From the IMG/VR virus record IMGVR_UViG_3300037418_002962, positions 154,650 to 218,649 of that record: 64,000 nt of DNA; one strand, 5' to 3'. The notes beneath the pieces are model-generated. The model had not been told where the DNA came from and searched no databases. It saw only the letters and a program-made list of their open reading frames with translations. Source of the DNA: a virus. Lineage: Duplodnaviria > Heunggongvirae > Uroviricota > Caudoviricetes. Position numbers and translations under genes: made by a program. Below, in pieces: positions 8,825-19,053 of the stretch (position 1 is the first letter of the stretch; the number at the start of each line of letters is the position of its first letter).

Positions 8825-9058
8825 TCAATCAAAAGAAATCTCCTTAAGCCAGCCTTCTTTAATATAATCAATGATGTTATGTGCTCTGGCCGAACCTCCA
8901 GCAGGCACATCAAGCCTCTTTATAGGAATATCATCATATGGATTAACACCCAGAAGATTCCCTATTCTATAGGTAGAACCTTCTTTAAGATAATCATTAA
9001 GAATATCTCTAGTACAAATAACGGTCAAACGTCTTTCAGCATATGATTTTTCAGTCAT
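8825..9058 (-). CDS. hypothetical protein
   Basis: Probable start MTEKS at 9058 inside track ORF 8825..9244. Confidence 0.45.
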   Translation of the reverse strand: MTEKSYAERRLTVICTRDILNDYLKEGSTYRIGNLLGVNPYDDIPIKRLDVPAGGSARAHNIIDYIKEGWLKEISFD

Positions 9059-9059
9059 T

Positions 9060-9398
9060 TTAACTCCCAAGAAACATACGAAGAGTGTTGTCAGAAGCAT
9101 CAACCCAAAAATCTTCAATGAAATAATGATGCTTGTCACCAATCTTACCCATGAGCGTATCAGCAGCAATCCAGAGATCAAGCCATGTATTTCCATTGAT
9201 TGGCTGAATAAAATCTCCTGAGGGTTTGCCCCAGAAAGGATCACTATGATGCTTAAGTTCTTTCACATCTCCGTAGGGATGGGGCTGATCAAAATCAAGG
9301 TGTTCATACATTGACCAATGAGAATTTTTAAGATTATTCTTCTCAGCAGTCTCGATCACCAAATCATATTGTCTGTCAAATTCTTCATCGCCATACAT
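9060..9398 (-). CDS. hypothetical protein
   Basis: 112-aa acidic ORF. Confidence 0.6.
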   Translation of the reverse strand: MYGDEEFDRQYDLVIETAEKNNLKNSHWSMYEHLDFDQPHPYGDVKELKHHSDPFWGKPSGDFIQPINGNTWLDLWIAADTLMGKIGDKHHYFIEDFWVDASDNTLRMFLGS

Positions 9399-9401
9399 AA
9401 T

Positions 9402-9434
9402 AAAAGCTCCATATGAATTAAATCTGGAGCTTTT
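9402..9434. terminator. inverted repeat, probable terminator after nrdB
   Basis: AAAAGCTCCA-13nt-TGGAGCTTTT. Confidence 0.55.
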
Positions 9435-9466
9435 ATAAACCAGGAAAATTTTTCTGTCAATAGCCT

Positions 9467-10447
9467 TTACGGAAAAACTTCATCCCATGAACCAGTCCAG
9501 GCTGCTTTAGCGTAATCTGTAGATTGATTTTCAAAAAAGTTTACATGACTAGGAGCATTTAATAGTTCTTCCACCCATTTTAAAGGATTTTTCTTGACCT
9601 TGAAATTTGGCTTCATTCCCATGGAAATCAACCTACGATCTGCAATGTAGCGAATATATTTCTTAACCTCATCTGCAGTCAAGTTTTCAATACCTCCCAT
9701 AGCAAAGCAAAGATCCACGAATTTATCCTCAAGTTCTACCATCTTCTCGGAAATAACATAAAGTTCTGATTTAAGCTCATCTGTCCAAATTTCATGATTT
9801 TCGGAAATGTATGTCCTGAATAGCTTAATCATTGATTCAGTATGTAAAGTTTCGTCTGCAATACTCCACGATATAATCTGCGACATACCTTTCATTTTAC
9901 CATGTCTGGCAAAATTCAAAAGCATAATGAAACTTGAAAATAGCTGTAGTCCTTCTGTGAAGGCAGAAAATACCGCAATATGCTTTGCCTTATCTTCTTT
10001 TGTTTCACTCTTAGAGGAAATTTCGAGAACATAATCATGCTTGTTTTTCATTTCCTGATATTCCATGAATTCGCTATAAACTGTATCTGGCATACCTAAA
10101 GTTTCAATAAGATGACTATAAGCAGCAATATGGATAGCTTCTCTTGCAGCGAAAGACAGAAGCATCATTCTTACTTCAGGTTGCGGGAAATATGGTAGAT
10201 AATTCTTTACGTAACCACCAGCAACTGAAATATCTCCTTGCGTAAAGAACCTAAAGATATTTGTAAGGAACTGCTTCTCTTCCTTGGTTAGTTTCTTTTT
10301 CCAGTCCTTCAAATCTTCCGCCATCGGTACTTCCGTATGGAGCCAATGTGACATTTCACTTTTCAGCCATGCATCGAATGCAAATTGATAATTGAATGGC
10401 TTATAATATACACGTTCATCTGTTAGTTTTGTTTTAGTTTTACTCAT
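9467..10447 (-). CDS. nrdB: ribonucleotide reductase class Ia beta subunit
   Basis: FFTQGD, REAIH..AYS, FTEGLQLFSSF, DETLH, RYIADRRL, NFFE. Confidence 0.95.
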   Translation of the reverse strand: MSKTKTKLTDERVYYKPFNYQFAFDAWLKSEMSHWLHTEVPMAEDLKDWKKKLTKEEKQFLTNIFRFFTQGDISVAGGYVKNYLPYFPQPEVRMMLLSFAAREAIHIAAYSHLIETLGMPDTVYSEFMEYQEMKNKHDYVLEISSKSETKEDKAKHIAVFSAFTEGLQLFSSFIMLLNFARHGKMKGMSQIISWSIADETLHTESMIKLFRTYISENHEIWTDELKSELYVISEKMVELEDKFVDLCFAMGGIENLTADEVKKYIRYIADRRLISMGMKPNFKVKKNPLKWVEELLNAPSHVNFFENQSTDYAKAAWTGSWDEVFP

Positions 10448-10473
10448 AATTTTCCCTTTACTTCAAATACTTA

Positions 10474-12261
10474 TCAGCCCTCACAAGCAAGGCAACTATC
10501 ATTACCCAAATTATTCAAATCAATATTCTTGATAATTTCTCTCTCGATTTTCTTAGCAACCTTATCAGCCTTACCAAGCTTCTCTGACCTACAATAATAT
10601 AATGCCTTCAGACCACTCTTCCAGGCAAGAAAATGAATTGCATGAAGGTACTTAATGTTAACTGTTGGCCTTAGGAAGATGTTTACAGACTGCCCCTGAT
10701 CGATAAATTCCTGTCTATCAGCAGCATGACTTATGATATATCTTTGGTCGATTTCCATTGCAGTCTTGAAAATATCTCTGGTGTACTGGTCCAGGAATTC
10801 GAGATGCTGTGCAGAACCTTCATTTGAGATGATACTAGACCAAATATCATCATAATTCAAATTGGGATCTTTTTCACAAAATTCCTTAATGATTGCATCA
10901 AGATATTTATTCTTATGAAAATATGCACCAGAAAGCGTATCTTGTCTATACGCATTTGCAGGGAATGGTTCAATACTTGGAGAAGTATTGCCCATAATTA
11001 AAGAAGTAGAAGCATTAGGAGCAATTGCTTGCATATGGCTAAATCTTCTTCCGGTTCCTGCTGCATCTGGAGCTTCACCACGTTCCTTGCCAAGTTCCTT
11101 ATTCGCAATCGTAAGGTACTTATTAATATGATAAAACATCTTCATGTTCATACCCTTTGCTAGGGCTGATTCGAAAGGAACTCTCTTACTCTGCAGATAT
11201 GCATGAAATCCTAATGCACCAACACCAATGCTTCTTTCCTGACTTGCAGAGTAGATAGCTCTCTTAATTGTTTGTGGTGCAGTATCGATAAAGACTTGAA
11301 GAACATTATCAAGCATCTCTGCAATATCTTTAAGGAATAAAGGATCTTTACTCCATTCATCAAAATATTCGAGATTTACGGATGATAAACAACAAACTGC
11401 AGTCCTATCTTTATCTGTTGGAAGCATAATTTCAGAACAGAGATTAGATTGTTTAATGCTTAGACCTTTATCCTTTAACCATTGTGGTAAGGCTCTGTTA
11501 CTTGTATCAATGAAATGAATATAAGGTTCACCTGTGGTCATACGCATTTCTAGAAGTTTAATCCAGAGTTCTTTTGCAGAAACTACTTCTGTTACTTCTT
11601 TTGATGCAGGATCGATTAATTCCCAATCATCATTTGCAGTAGGATCTGCCATGCATTTTTCAATAATTTCCATGAATGAATCTGGAATATTTACCCCATT
11701 ATGAAGATTTGGGCATCTTACTCTTGGATCTCCTGTTGGCTTCTTCATTTCTAGGAAAGGAATGATATCAGGATGAGACATATCTAGATAAACTGCATAG
11801 GACCCCCTACGGGTACTCCCTTGACGATATGCCAGACAGGACGCATCATAAATCTTGAGATGTGGCATGATTCCTGTTGATTTTTCATCTGCTCCACGAA
11901 TACCTAGGCCAATACCGACCCCACCACCCATCATCGAAAGCCAATTACATTCTGATAATGTATCTACAAGACCTTCTGAAGAATCTGGCATATAAGGGAG
12001 GAAACAGGAAATTGGAAGTCCCTTTTTGGTTCTTCCATAGGCTAGAACAGGAGTAGCATAGGATAGCCAATGTTTTGAGGCATAATCATAAAGTCGTTGA
12101 GCATGTTCTAGATTGCTTCCGAAAGTCTTGGATACATATGCTAGTCTTTTTTGTGGAGTATCTTCTTCGGGTCTTAAGTAAGATTCTTTTAGTCTTTTTA
12201 GTCCTAGTTCGTTAAATAATTTATCTCTATCTAAATCAATATTAATACCCAAATACTCCAT
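10474..12261 (-). CDS. nrdA: ribonucleotide reductase class Ia alpha subunit (no ATP cone seen)
   Basis: ATPVL, PISCF, QSNLCSEI, CCLSS, APNASTS, C-terminal CLACEG. Confidence 0.95.
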   Translation of the reverse strand: MEYLGINIDLDRDKLFNELGLKRLKESYLRPEEDTPQKRLAYVSKTFGSNLEHAQRLYDYASKHWLSYATPVLAYGRTKKGLPISCFLPYMPDSSEGLVDTLSECNWLSMMGGGVGIGLGIRGADEKSTGIMPHLKIYDASCLAYRQGSTRRGSYAVYLDMSHPDIIPFLEMKKPTGDPRVRCPNLHNGVNIPDSFMEIIEKCMADPTANDDWELIDPASKEVTEVVSAKELWIKLLEMRMTTGEPYIHFIDTSNRALPQWLKDKGLSIKQSNLCSEIMLPTDKDRTAVCCLSSVNLEYFDEWSKDPLFLKDIAEMLDNVLQVFIDTAPQTIKRAIYSASQERSIGVGALGFHAYLQSKRVPFESALAKGMNMKMFYHINKYLTIANKELGKERGEAPDAAGTGRRFSHMQAIAPNASTSLIMGNTSPSIEPFPANAYRQDTLSGAYFHKNKYLDAIIKEFCEKDPNLNYDDIWSSIISNEGSAQHLEFLDQYTRDIFKTAMEIDQRYIISHAADRQEFIDQGQSVNIFLRPTVNIKYLHAIHFLAWKSGLKALYYCRSEKLGKADKVAKKIEREIIKNIDLNNLGNDSCLACEG

Positions 12262-12308
12262 CTTTACTCCTTTATTATTACTCTTATTTTATTTGCTGTT
12301 TGAGGAAA

Positions 12309-12809
12309 TTATTCCTCGATATGATTAGGAAAGTATTTATTCAAAGCCTTTGAAGTCATATCTGCAATGAATACAATATCATTAAATTCTGAATTTTTTG
12401 CCTCTATAAGCCATTGATTCCAATTCATAATTGAACCACATAAATCAATAGATGCACCCAACATTCCTTGAGGTAAAAAATATTTTGCCTGCCGTTTAGA
12501 CATTCCTAACTCAAGAGCTTTGTTATAAGCTTTTAAGGAATTCTGCCAAAGATCCATTTGTAGCATAAACCATTCTTCATCTTCAATATTATTATATTCG
12601 TATTCTAGTTCATCTGATAACATTCTAGTCCAATGGAAATTTTCGGAAAAATTTAAAATTTCTTCTGTAATTCCAAAGGTTGTAATAATTTCTAAAGTAG
12701 CATGAACCATTCCTGCATCAACGTATCTATTTTCAATTAACTCTTCAGGAGTTTTTACATATGGATCATAAATTGGCTGAGTTATAGAAATTATTTTTAC
12801 TTCAGGCAT
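12309..12809 (-). CDS. ThyX-like protein lacking the catalytic RHRxxS motif
   Basis: VKIISITQP..TPEELI, ATLEI.T..GIT, S.KAYNKALELGMSKRQAKYFLPQG follow the ThyX scaffold, but key Arg/His/Ser residues are absent. Confidence 0.5.
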   Translation of the reverse strand: MPEVKIISITQPIYDPYVKTPEELIENRYVDAGMVHATLEIITTFGITEEILNFSENFHWTRMLSDELEYEYNNIEDEEWFMLQMDLWQNSLKAYNKALELGMSKRQAKYFLPQGMLGASIDLCGSIMNWNQWLIEAKNSEFNDIVFIADMTSKALNKYFPNHIEE

Positions 12810-13068
12810 TCTTTTTCTCCTTTACATCAATTACTTTCCTGAATCTTGTCTTAAACAAAGAATCTGTAAGTATATACAAATGCCCATCTTTTTGTCTAAT
12901 GATCCATTCCTTATCATTTAATTCTCTTTGGAATACAGTGGAAAAGAATATATACTTATCATCAATTTTATGAATTTGATAATATTCACTTTCAGGAAGT
13001 TTTTTGTTTTTTCTAAATTGGATAGCATCAACAATAACTGCTGGCTGGATCACTTCATACTTAGCCAT
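12802..13068 (-). CDS. hypothetical protein
   Basis: VDAIQF...WII...G.LY......FK.RF, a common small phage protein pattern. Confidence 0.6.
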   Translation of the reverse strand: MAKYEVIQPAVIVDAIQFRKNKKLPESEYYQIHKIDDKYIFFSTVFQRELNDKEWIIRQKDGHLYILTDSLFKTRFRKVIDVKEKKNA

Positions 13069-13513
13069 TAATGGATTCCTCTACAACAGGACTCCAAATA
13101 AATTTCATAGTAAAATAAATGTCTTTTGCCAGTACCTTATCAACAGGAAGATTAGAAAGATACTCATTTAAATACAGCCCACCAATTTGTTTATCAGTTT
13201 GTATATCAACTTTAAATCCATTCTTTATACCCCATTGGGCGATCTTTTCATGAATTGGGAAAAATTCTAGAGGAATAAGATATTCATATTCACCTTCAAG
13301 TGCTACTCTTTTCATTTCACTATGAATATTATTCAGAAATTTATTCCATAAGATATGATTTCTTCTAAGAATTTTCTGATCTTCTTCTTGAGCTTTCTTC
13401 ATAGTGTTTTTAAGCTTTAATGATTGTCCAATAAAGCTCATTCTTTGAATTTTTTTACAGAAAAGTTCTTTTGCTCCATTAAAATTTGGAAAACTAGAGT
13501 CAATCAAATTCAT
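13061..13513 (-). CDS. hypothetical protein
   Basis: 150-aa ORF, weakly similar to next ORF (KIAQW/KIAEW). Confidence 0.55.
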   Translation of the reverse strand: MNLIDSSFPNFNGAKELFCKKIQRMSFIGQSLKLKNTMKKAQEEDQKILRRNHILWNKFLNNIHSEMKRVALEGEYEYLIPLEFFPIHEKIAQWGIKNGFKVDIQTDKQIGGLYLNEYLSNLPVDKVLAKDIYFTMKFIWSPVVEESING

Positions 13514-13540
13514 AATATAAATTTCTCCTTATATTGGAAA

Positions 13541-13870
13541 TTACCAAGAAATCATCATCAAGCGAATCTCGCTTGATTTTAAATCCTTGTTTTTAAATGA
13601 TTTTAAGGTATCTACCTTACGTGCAGATGCAAGAAATTTTAAATCGTTCTTCTCACACCATTCAGCAATCTTATCAGAAATTTCCCAATTGTCAACAGGA
13701 ACTTGATAACTTTTTAGATTTTTCTTTGCGGTTTCTTCAAGTTTGGGAACAATAGTTTCTGTAAATTTTTTAAATAACTCTTTTTTCTGGTTCTTGTCAA
13801 GAGTTGCTTTCTTTTCTTTTTTATCTTCTGGAGTTGTTAGAGATTTTAGTTTATGGGATAATTTATTCAT
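13541..13870 (-). CDS. hypothetical protein
   Basis: 109-aa ORF. Confidence 0.55.
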   Translation of the reverse strand: MNKLSHKLKSLTTPEDKKEKKATLDKNQKKELFKKFTETIVPKLEETAKKNLKSYQVPVDNWEISDKIAEWCEKNDLKFLASARKVDTLKSFKNKDLKSSEIRLMMISW

Positions 13871-14888
13871 TGACTTTCCTCCATTCTGATAATCTTGCTT
13901 TGGCTCTTAATCCATGATAAATATTATCATTAATGGTTTTAAGAATATCTTTTGGAGATTTTCCGTTTAATACCATTTTGTTGATGTCTTTTCCATTTGT
14001 ATCTTCAGGCCAGATACAGATTTCAAATCCATCATCTATATATTTATTCATACGTTGAATTATTTGTTTGCTTCTACATTCATTGTCAAATATCATAACA
14101 GGCTTATATTCATCTGTTACAAGATCTGCCCCAACCATTGCAATAGAGTTAGGAATAAATGTAGCATCCAATGGACCTTCCAGACAATAAACTCGCTTAC
14201 TCCAGTCAACAGAATCCATATTGAATATTTTTGGGCAATCTTCATTAAGCATAATTGTAATGTATCTTAGACTCGTATCATGAAATGCTCTACCAGAGAA
14301 ACCAAACATTTTCTTATTTTTGTCCAATAATGGTATAATTAGCCTTGGTTCGTCATGTTTATCCGATAATTTTTCTGGAATCATACTATTTACCCATTTG
14401 GCAAATTTGGGAGCATAATACAATTTTGCATGATATTCATTCGGAATCATCCTATCAATAACATATTGTTTGGCAGGATGATCCCATGCTAGTTGAGAGA
14501 TTTTTTTCAGTTTTTTTAAGTTCTCATCTGTATTAAAAACAGGTAATTTAAACTTAAATTTGTCTGGAAGCTTGATTTCTTCTTTCTTCTCAATTCTTAC
14601 GTTCTTATTAATAAATATTTCTGTCTTGTATTCTTTTTGCAATTCTGGGTCAAGCATCCCAAGAACTTTTGTCATAGACATAGAAATATTGCAATTATGG
14701 CAATACATTCGGTAAGAACCGTTCTTGCCAATAAAGTATCCTCTTGTTTTATACTTATTTCTCTGAGAATCACCACATACAAAACATCTAAATGTGGCAG
14801 TATAAGGACTAGATTTGAGAACCTTGAATTTTTCTAAGCGTGGAGAAATCAACCCTATATATTTAATATCAATCCATTCAGACATCAA
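13863..14888 (-). CDS. gp61: DNA primase (T4 gp61-like)
   Basis: FRCFVCGDS..NKYKTRG, YCHNC zinc ribbon, EGPLDA, FDNE, KDINKM TOPRIM motifs. Confidence 0.92.
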   Translation of the reverse strand: MMSEWIDIKYIGLISPRLEKFKVLKSSPYTATFRCFVCGDSQRNKYKTRGYFIGKNGSYRMYCHNCNISMSMTKVLGMLDPELQKEYKTEIFINKNVRIEKKEEIKLPDKFKFKLPVFNTDENLKKLKKISQLAWDHPAKQYVIDRMIPNEYHAKLYYAPKFAKWVNSMIPEKLSDKHDEPRLIIPLLDKNKKMFGFSGRAFHDTSLRYITIMLNEDCPKIFNMDSVDWSKRVYCLEGPLDATFIPNSIAMVGADLVTDEYKPVMIFDNECRSKQIIQRMNKYIDDGFEICIWPEDTNGKDINKMVLNGKSPKDILKTINDNIYHGLRAKARLSEWRKVNE

Positions 14889-14955
14889 TAGCCATAATCA
14901 TGTTACCTCCTTTGAAGGGAGATAACCTATTAGAAAATTTAGTGAATGTCAAGTA

Positions 14956-15288
14956 TTAAATAGAAAATAGGATTGACCAAGGAATTGCAACTTTGGCGAT
15001 GGCAGCTAAGAGGCCCATTGCTAGTCCAATTGTTAGCCATCTCCATTTTTCAATTACCTTCAATCTGTCATCCAGATCCTTAATTTTACTAGAAATCTCT
15101 AAATTATCTCTATCATTATTATCTAGTTTTAGACTTTGTAACGATAACATTTTCTCTAGTGCATTAGTTACATTGGTAAGTTTATCGATAGTACCATCAA
15201 ATTTATCAAATATAATTGAAAATTGATCTATTTCACTTTCAATGACTGCAACTCTGGTTTCTAGATTTAGATTTTCTCTCTTCTCCAA
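14956..15288 (-). CDS. coiled-coil protein with C-terminal transmembrane helix
   Basis: Heptad region then EKWRWLTIGLAMGLLAAI. Confidence 0.6.
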   Translation of the reverse strand: MEKRENLNLETRVAVIESEIDQFSIIFDKFDGTIDKLTNVTNALEKMLSLQSLKLDNNDRDNLEISSKIKDLDDRLKVIEKWRWLTIGLAMGLLAAIAKVAIPWSILFSI

Positions 15289-15289
15289 T

Positions 15290-15862
15290 TTAGCAGCCTC
15301 CTTTTATTCGATTAATCATTCTAGTAATTTTTTCCTCCTGATATTTATTTTTCTTCTTATATGGTGTATTTGGAGGAACGCCCGGTTCTCCAGAAGGACC
15401 AACACCGATACCAGCAACGTTTCCACCACCAACAGAATTTGTTGGTGCATCTTCTAAAATATTATTTACAATTTTGTAGTAATATTCCATTCTCTTTTCA
15501 AGAAATAAAATATTGTCTGGATCTTCTACGGTTTCTTTTAATAGGAAAAAGCTTCCTGTAAGCGCCCCAAAAGAAATAGGGCTGTTAATGTTGTTATCGA
15601 ATGGAGGATTTTGTAATTGATTTAAAGGAGCTAAAGCTACATTATATTGTGGAATTTTTCCGATAATTTTTTTAAGATTTAAACAAATCAGATCAAACTT
15701 ACCAAATATCTGCTTTTCTGTAGATGTCAGAATATTTTGCTTTTTTAAAACATTTCCATCTTTATCAATGATACCATACTTATATGCAGGCCATGCATTA
15801 AAAGGAGTTCTAAGCCTACTCAAAATATTATAGGCCATAAAATTATCTAGTTGTTGATTCAT
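15290..15862 (-). CDS. conserved T4-like hypothetical protein
   Basis: TPFNAWPAYKYGIIDKDGNVLKK and EDAPTNSVGGGNVAG patterns typical of T4-like phage proteins. Confidence 0.65.
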   Translation of the reverse strand: MNQQLDNFMAYNILSRLRTPFNAWPAYKYGIIDKDGNVLKKQNILTSTEKQIFGKFDLICLNLKKIIGKIPQYNVALAPLNQLQNPPFDNNINSPISFGALTGSFFLLKETVEDPDNILFLEKRMEYYYKIVNNILEDAPTNSVGGGNVAGIGVGPSGEPGVPPNTPYKKKNKYQEEKITRMINRIKGGC

Positions 15863-15901
15863 TTAGAAATACCCAATTTGTAGTAGTTACACTACAATTA
15901 T

Positions 15902-16285
15902 TTATATTTTTCTAAGTCTATCAACTAGTTTACTATCCATAGCAATTTCATCTGTATAGATAGGAGCTTCTTCTACATTAGTAACTTTTTCTGGTAGAGT
16001 ATTTAAAAGAACTAAGAATGGTTTTAAATATGGCAGTAAATCTTTTAATTTGAAAAAAAGAATTTTTGTACAAGGAACTACACCAAATACATTATAAAGA
16101 ACTATAAGATGATTCAAAAGTAATTGTTCTTTTATCTCACCAGTTTCAATGTATTTATTTAATAGTCTACGAATATATTTTATTCTTTTGAGATCTTCAA
16201 GAAACTCTTCAGTGTCAATGCACTGTGGATTATCATAATACTTTGCTGCATACAATAAAAAATTTTTTTCACTCAATACATTCAT
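15902..16285 (-). CDS. conserved T4-like hypothetical protein
   Basis: NFLLYAAKYYDNPQC..EEFLEDLKRIKYI..LLNHLIVLYNVFG. Confidence 0.7.
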   Translation of the reverse strand: MNVLSEKNFLLYAAKYYDNPQCIDTEEFLEDLKRIKYIRRLLNKYIETGEIKEQLLLNHLIVLYNVFGVVPCTKILFFKLKDLLPYLKPFLVLLNTLPEKVTNVEEAPIYTDEIAMDSKLVDRLRKI

Positions 16286-16302
16286 ATTTTACTCATTTAT
16301 TA

Positions 16303-16575
16303 TTAAAAACTACTTAACGCTACTCTCTTAATTGTATTATTTGCTACAGTAATATAAAGATAATTACTATCATAGTATACTAATCCTTGCGTAGAATTTG
16401 TAGTACCATTTGTAAAAGATTTTTGTGTTATCATACTATTTGCTAAAGTAGCAACACTAATAGAATAAGAAGAGTTTGAAGCATCTGTAGGATTTAATAC
16501 GATATATAAAATATCCGTTAAAGATGCTCCATTAGCTTCTGGTAATTCAGTTAATAGTGATGCTCTATCTGCCAA
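16303..16575 (-). CDS. small probable virion protein
   Basis: 90 aa, TTG start, YDSNYLYITVANNTIKRVALSSF tail-like C-terminus. Confidence 0.5.
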   Translation of the reverse strand: MADRASLLTELPEANGASLTDILYIVLNPTDASNSSYSISVATLANSMITQKSFTNGTTNSTQGLVYYDSNYLYITVANNTIKRVALSSF

Positions 16576-16581
16576 AACTAA

Positions 16582-17430
16582 TTATCCAGGAAGAATAGTT
16601 GTATTAGCTGAAGTTCCAGTTGTAGAACCCATTGCTACAAGAGTTTCATATTCAACTCTACCAACTCTACCACCAAGAACTGCCTGAATATTAGCAGCAC
16701 CAACAGTTACAACAATAGTTGCTCCAGACCCTGCAGATGAACCACCAGTAGAGTTAGCAACTGCTTTTACAGTATTAGTATTGTTTGAGAACCCCTTACC
16801 AAGAGTCAACATAGTTAATGAAACAATACCTCCTGTTGAATTAGTAACTGGATTTGCTGTCGCGTTAACAACACCATTTGAGAATGTCCATACATCAGTA
16901 TTATTATAACCAGTTCCGCCTACAGAAGCAGTTGCAGAGGCAATTCCATTGCCTGTTGAACCACCAGTGGAGTTGACAACCGATGCACCAGCCCCAGCAG
17001 TATTAGTAAATAACTTTGAAGTAGTGCCAATAGTAATAGAAACAATTCCTCCAATAGAATTTGTAACTGGAGTTCCTACAGCATTAATTGTTGAGTTGCC
17101 AAATTTTACAATATCTGTGTTGGTAAAAGAAACACCACCAGCAACAACAGTTGCACCAATTACTGGTCCTGTTCCCTGCTTTCTAATCTGCCAACCAGAA
17201 TGACCAACTTTTTTTCCTTCTCCCTGAGTATTGGCAATTTGTGCTGGAGTTACGCCAAATTGACCATCTATTTCTTTCATAACATTAGTACCATGTGAAT
17301 CTGTCCAGGCTCCAGGAGTAACGTTACCATAAAAATTGGTCTGGTTTGTAGAATTTGCAGTTTTTCTAACGTTTGTAACGCCCCAAAGAACTGAATTTGC
17401 TGCATTATTTACTGACTTTCCCCACTGCAT
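16582..17430 (-). CDS. probable virion structural protein with internal tandem repeat
   Basis: Gly/Thr/Asn-rich; GGVSFTNTDIVKFGN..PVTNSIGGIVSITI repeated as GGTGYNNTDVWTFSN..PVTNSTGGIVSLTM; ends GGRVGRVEYETLVAM. Confidence 0.6.
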   Translation of the reverse strand: MQWGKSVNNAANSVLWGVTNVRKTANSTNQTNFYGNVTPGAWTDSHGTNVMKEIDGQFGVTPAQIANTQGEGKKVGHSGWQIRKQGTGPVIGATVVAGGVSFTNTDIVKFGNSTINAVGTPVTNSIGGIVSITIGTTSKLFTNTAGAGASVVNSTGGSTGNGIASATASVGGTGYNNTDVWTFSNGVVNATANPVTNSTGGIVSLTMLTLGKGFSNNTNTVKAVANSTGGSSAGSGATIVVTVGAANIQAVLGGRVGRVEYETLVAMGSTTGTSANTTILPG

Positions 17431-17463
17431 ATCTTTTTCCTCTTCTTTATTTAAATATCTTTA

Positions 17464-18501
17464 TTATTTATCTGTAATTGATTTCTTAAAGTTATCATAT
17501 GATTCACAAGCAAATTTCTGCAAAGAAGCTCGATCAATTGCAGAACTATTCTTATATTTACTGATAAAATTACTTGCTTCTTGTTCTGAAATTACAATTT
17601 TTTCTCCTGATTTAAATGAAATATCTGTTCCTTCTTTAATTTGAAGAATAAGATGAACACTTTCTTTTAAATTATCTTCATTGTCTGGATCTTCTTTTGG
17701 AATAATATCTTGCTTATCTTTAATTTTTCTCCAAATTGGTTTCCCAGATGGAGTTTTGGCAAGAATTACTCTTTTATCAGCAGTAGATACATCTTCATTC
17801 ATTTTCTTTTTGTTTGCATTAATTTTGACTCTTCTAAATAAAGACCCATCTTTATTGCTGCTGTTCTTTTCCTTGCCATATACATCTCTATATTCTTTAC
17901 GATTTTTTTCTAATATAATTAATTCACTTTCAGAAATCTTTTCAATTCCATGAGAGAACATTACATCAATATCGTTATCATAATCACCTGGAATTGCTGT
18001 TCCTAGTCCAAATTTTTCATGAATAATTTCTACAGCTTCTTTGATGGTAATTCCCTTATTTGCATTGGAAGTTGATGACATTCCAGTATTTGTTGGTTTT
18101 ACCTTAGGAGTTGTTAATGTTGTGGTTGGTTTTGTTTTTACATTTTTTACTGGATTAGAAGTAGCAGTATTATTTTTGATAGTAATGCCCGAATCTGTAT
18201 TGCTTTCCTTTAGAGGCTTCCCTTCATGAGCATGTTTCTCAAAATCTTTCTTTCCATACTTTTTCATGCCAATTGCAGCAGTAACTGCCTTTGGATCTCT
18301 TACTCCTTTGGCTTTCAACTTACCTTCTAATTTATCAAATCCTATATATTTTTCGTCAACATCGAATAGCTCAACTAATTGAGCAACTTCCTTTTCAGTA
18401 AGAGGATAAAAAATATTCTCTTCCTTCTGCTTTACTGTGTCTTCGTGAACCTTATTTACAGCATCCAATAAAGAAGCAGTAATAGTCATTGATGTTTTCA
18501 T
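17464..18501 (-). CDS. probable prohead core / internal head protein
   Basis: Low complexity, several LKES/IKEA gp21-type cleavage-like sites, KLKAKGVRDPKAVTAAIGMKKYGK motif. Confidence 0.5.
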   Translation of the reverse strand: MKTSMTITASLLDAVNKVHEDTVKQKEENIFYPLTEKEVAQLVELFDVDEKYIGFDKLEGKLKAKGVRDPKAVTAAIGMKKYGKKDFEKHAHEGKPLKESNTDSGITIKNNTATSNPVKNVKTKPTTTLTTPKVKPTNTGMSSTSNANKGITIKEAVEIIHEKFGLGTAIPGDYDNDIDVMFSHGIEKISESELIILEKNRKEYRDVYGKEKNSSNKDGSLFRRVKINANKKKMNEDVSTADKRVILAKTPSGKPIWRKIKDKQDIIPKEDPDNEDNLKESVHLILQIKEGTDISFKSGEKIVISEQEASNFISKYKNSSAIDRASLQKFACESYDNFKKSITDK

Positions 18502-18532
18502 AAAAATCTCCCTAAGTCCTTTGTATTATTTA

Positions 18533-19003
18533 TTAGTCTAATATTTTTACTTGAATTTGATTACGTAATCTTCTAGTAATTCCAAAGCCATTTCTTGGAG
18601 TTAAAAGTAATTTATCGGAAATCTTTCCTGGAACTCCATAATCAGTTGGTTTTAGATTTTTCTCATACGCAAAAAACTCGCTAATCTGCCCATTATTGAT
18701 TAGCGAGTTTAAATTTGAAAATGTTTTTGATTGGTCTAATTCAGTTATTAGACATTTGAATACTGATTCAAGAATATTAAAAGGAACAGAATATTTTTCT
18801 GCCTTGTATTCTAAGGATTTCTTCTCAGTTTCTGTTAGCTGATAATCTAATGATTTATTAGCATTTAAAATGCTTTTTATAAGATTATAATCATCAGGAA
18901 GATAATTTACATTTAGGCTGGTGTCAGGAGGATTGACAACCACCTTAGATTTCTTTTGAGGTCCCTTTACAGGTTTCTTATCGTCTTTTTTATTAGCGGC
19001 CAT
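18533..19003 (-). CDS. hypothetical late protein
   Basis: 156-aa ORF; minus-strand TATAAATA at 19036-19043. Confidence 0.55.
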   Translation of the reverse strand: MAANKKDDKKPVKGPQKKSKVVVNPPDTSLNVNYLPDDYNLIKSILNANKSLDYQLTETEKKSLEYKAEKYSVPFNILESVFKCLITELDQSKTFSNLNSLINNGQISEFFAYEKNLKPTDYGVPGKISDKLLLTPRNGFGITRRLRNQIQVKILD

Positions 19004-19053
19004 TATTTATAAATCCTACTGTTTAAATCTAGTAGTATTTATAATTATTTAAA

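Noticed and set aside
9467-12261. Group I introns or inteins in nrdA/nrdB
   Set aside because: Both ORFs are continuous and of normal length.
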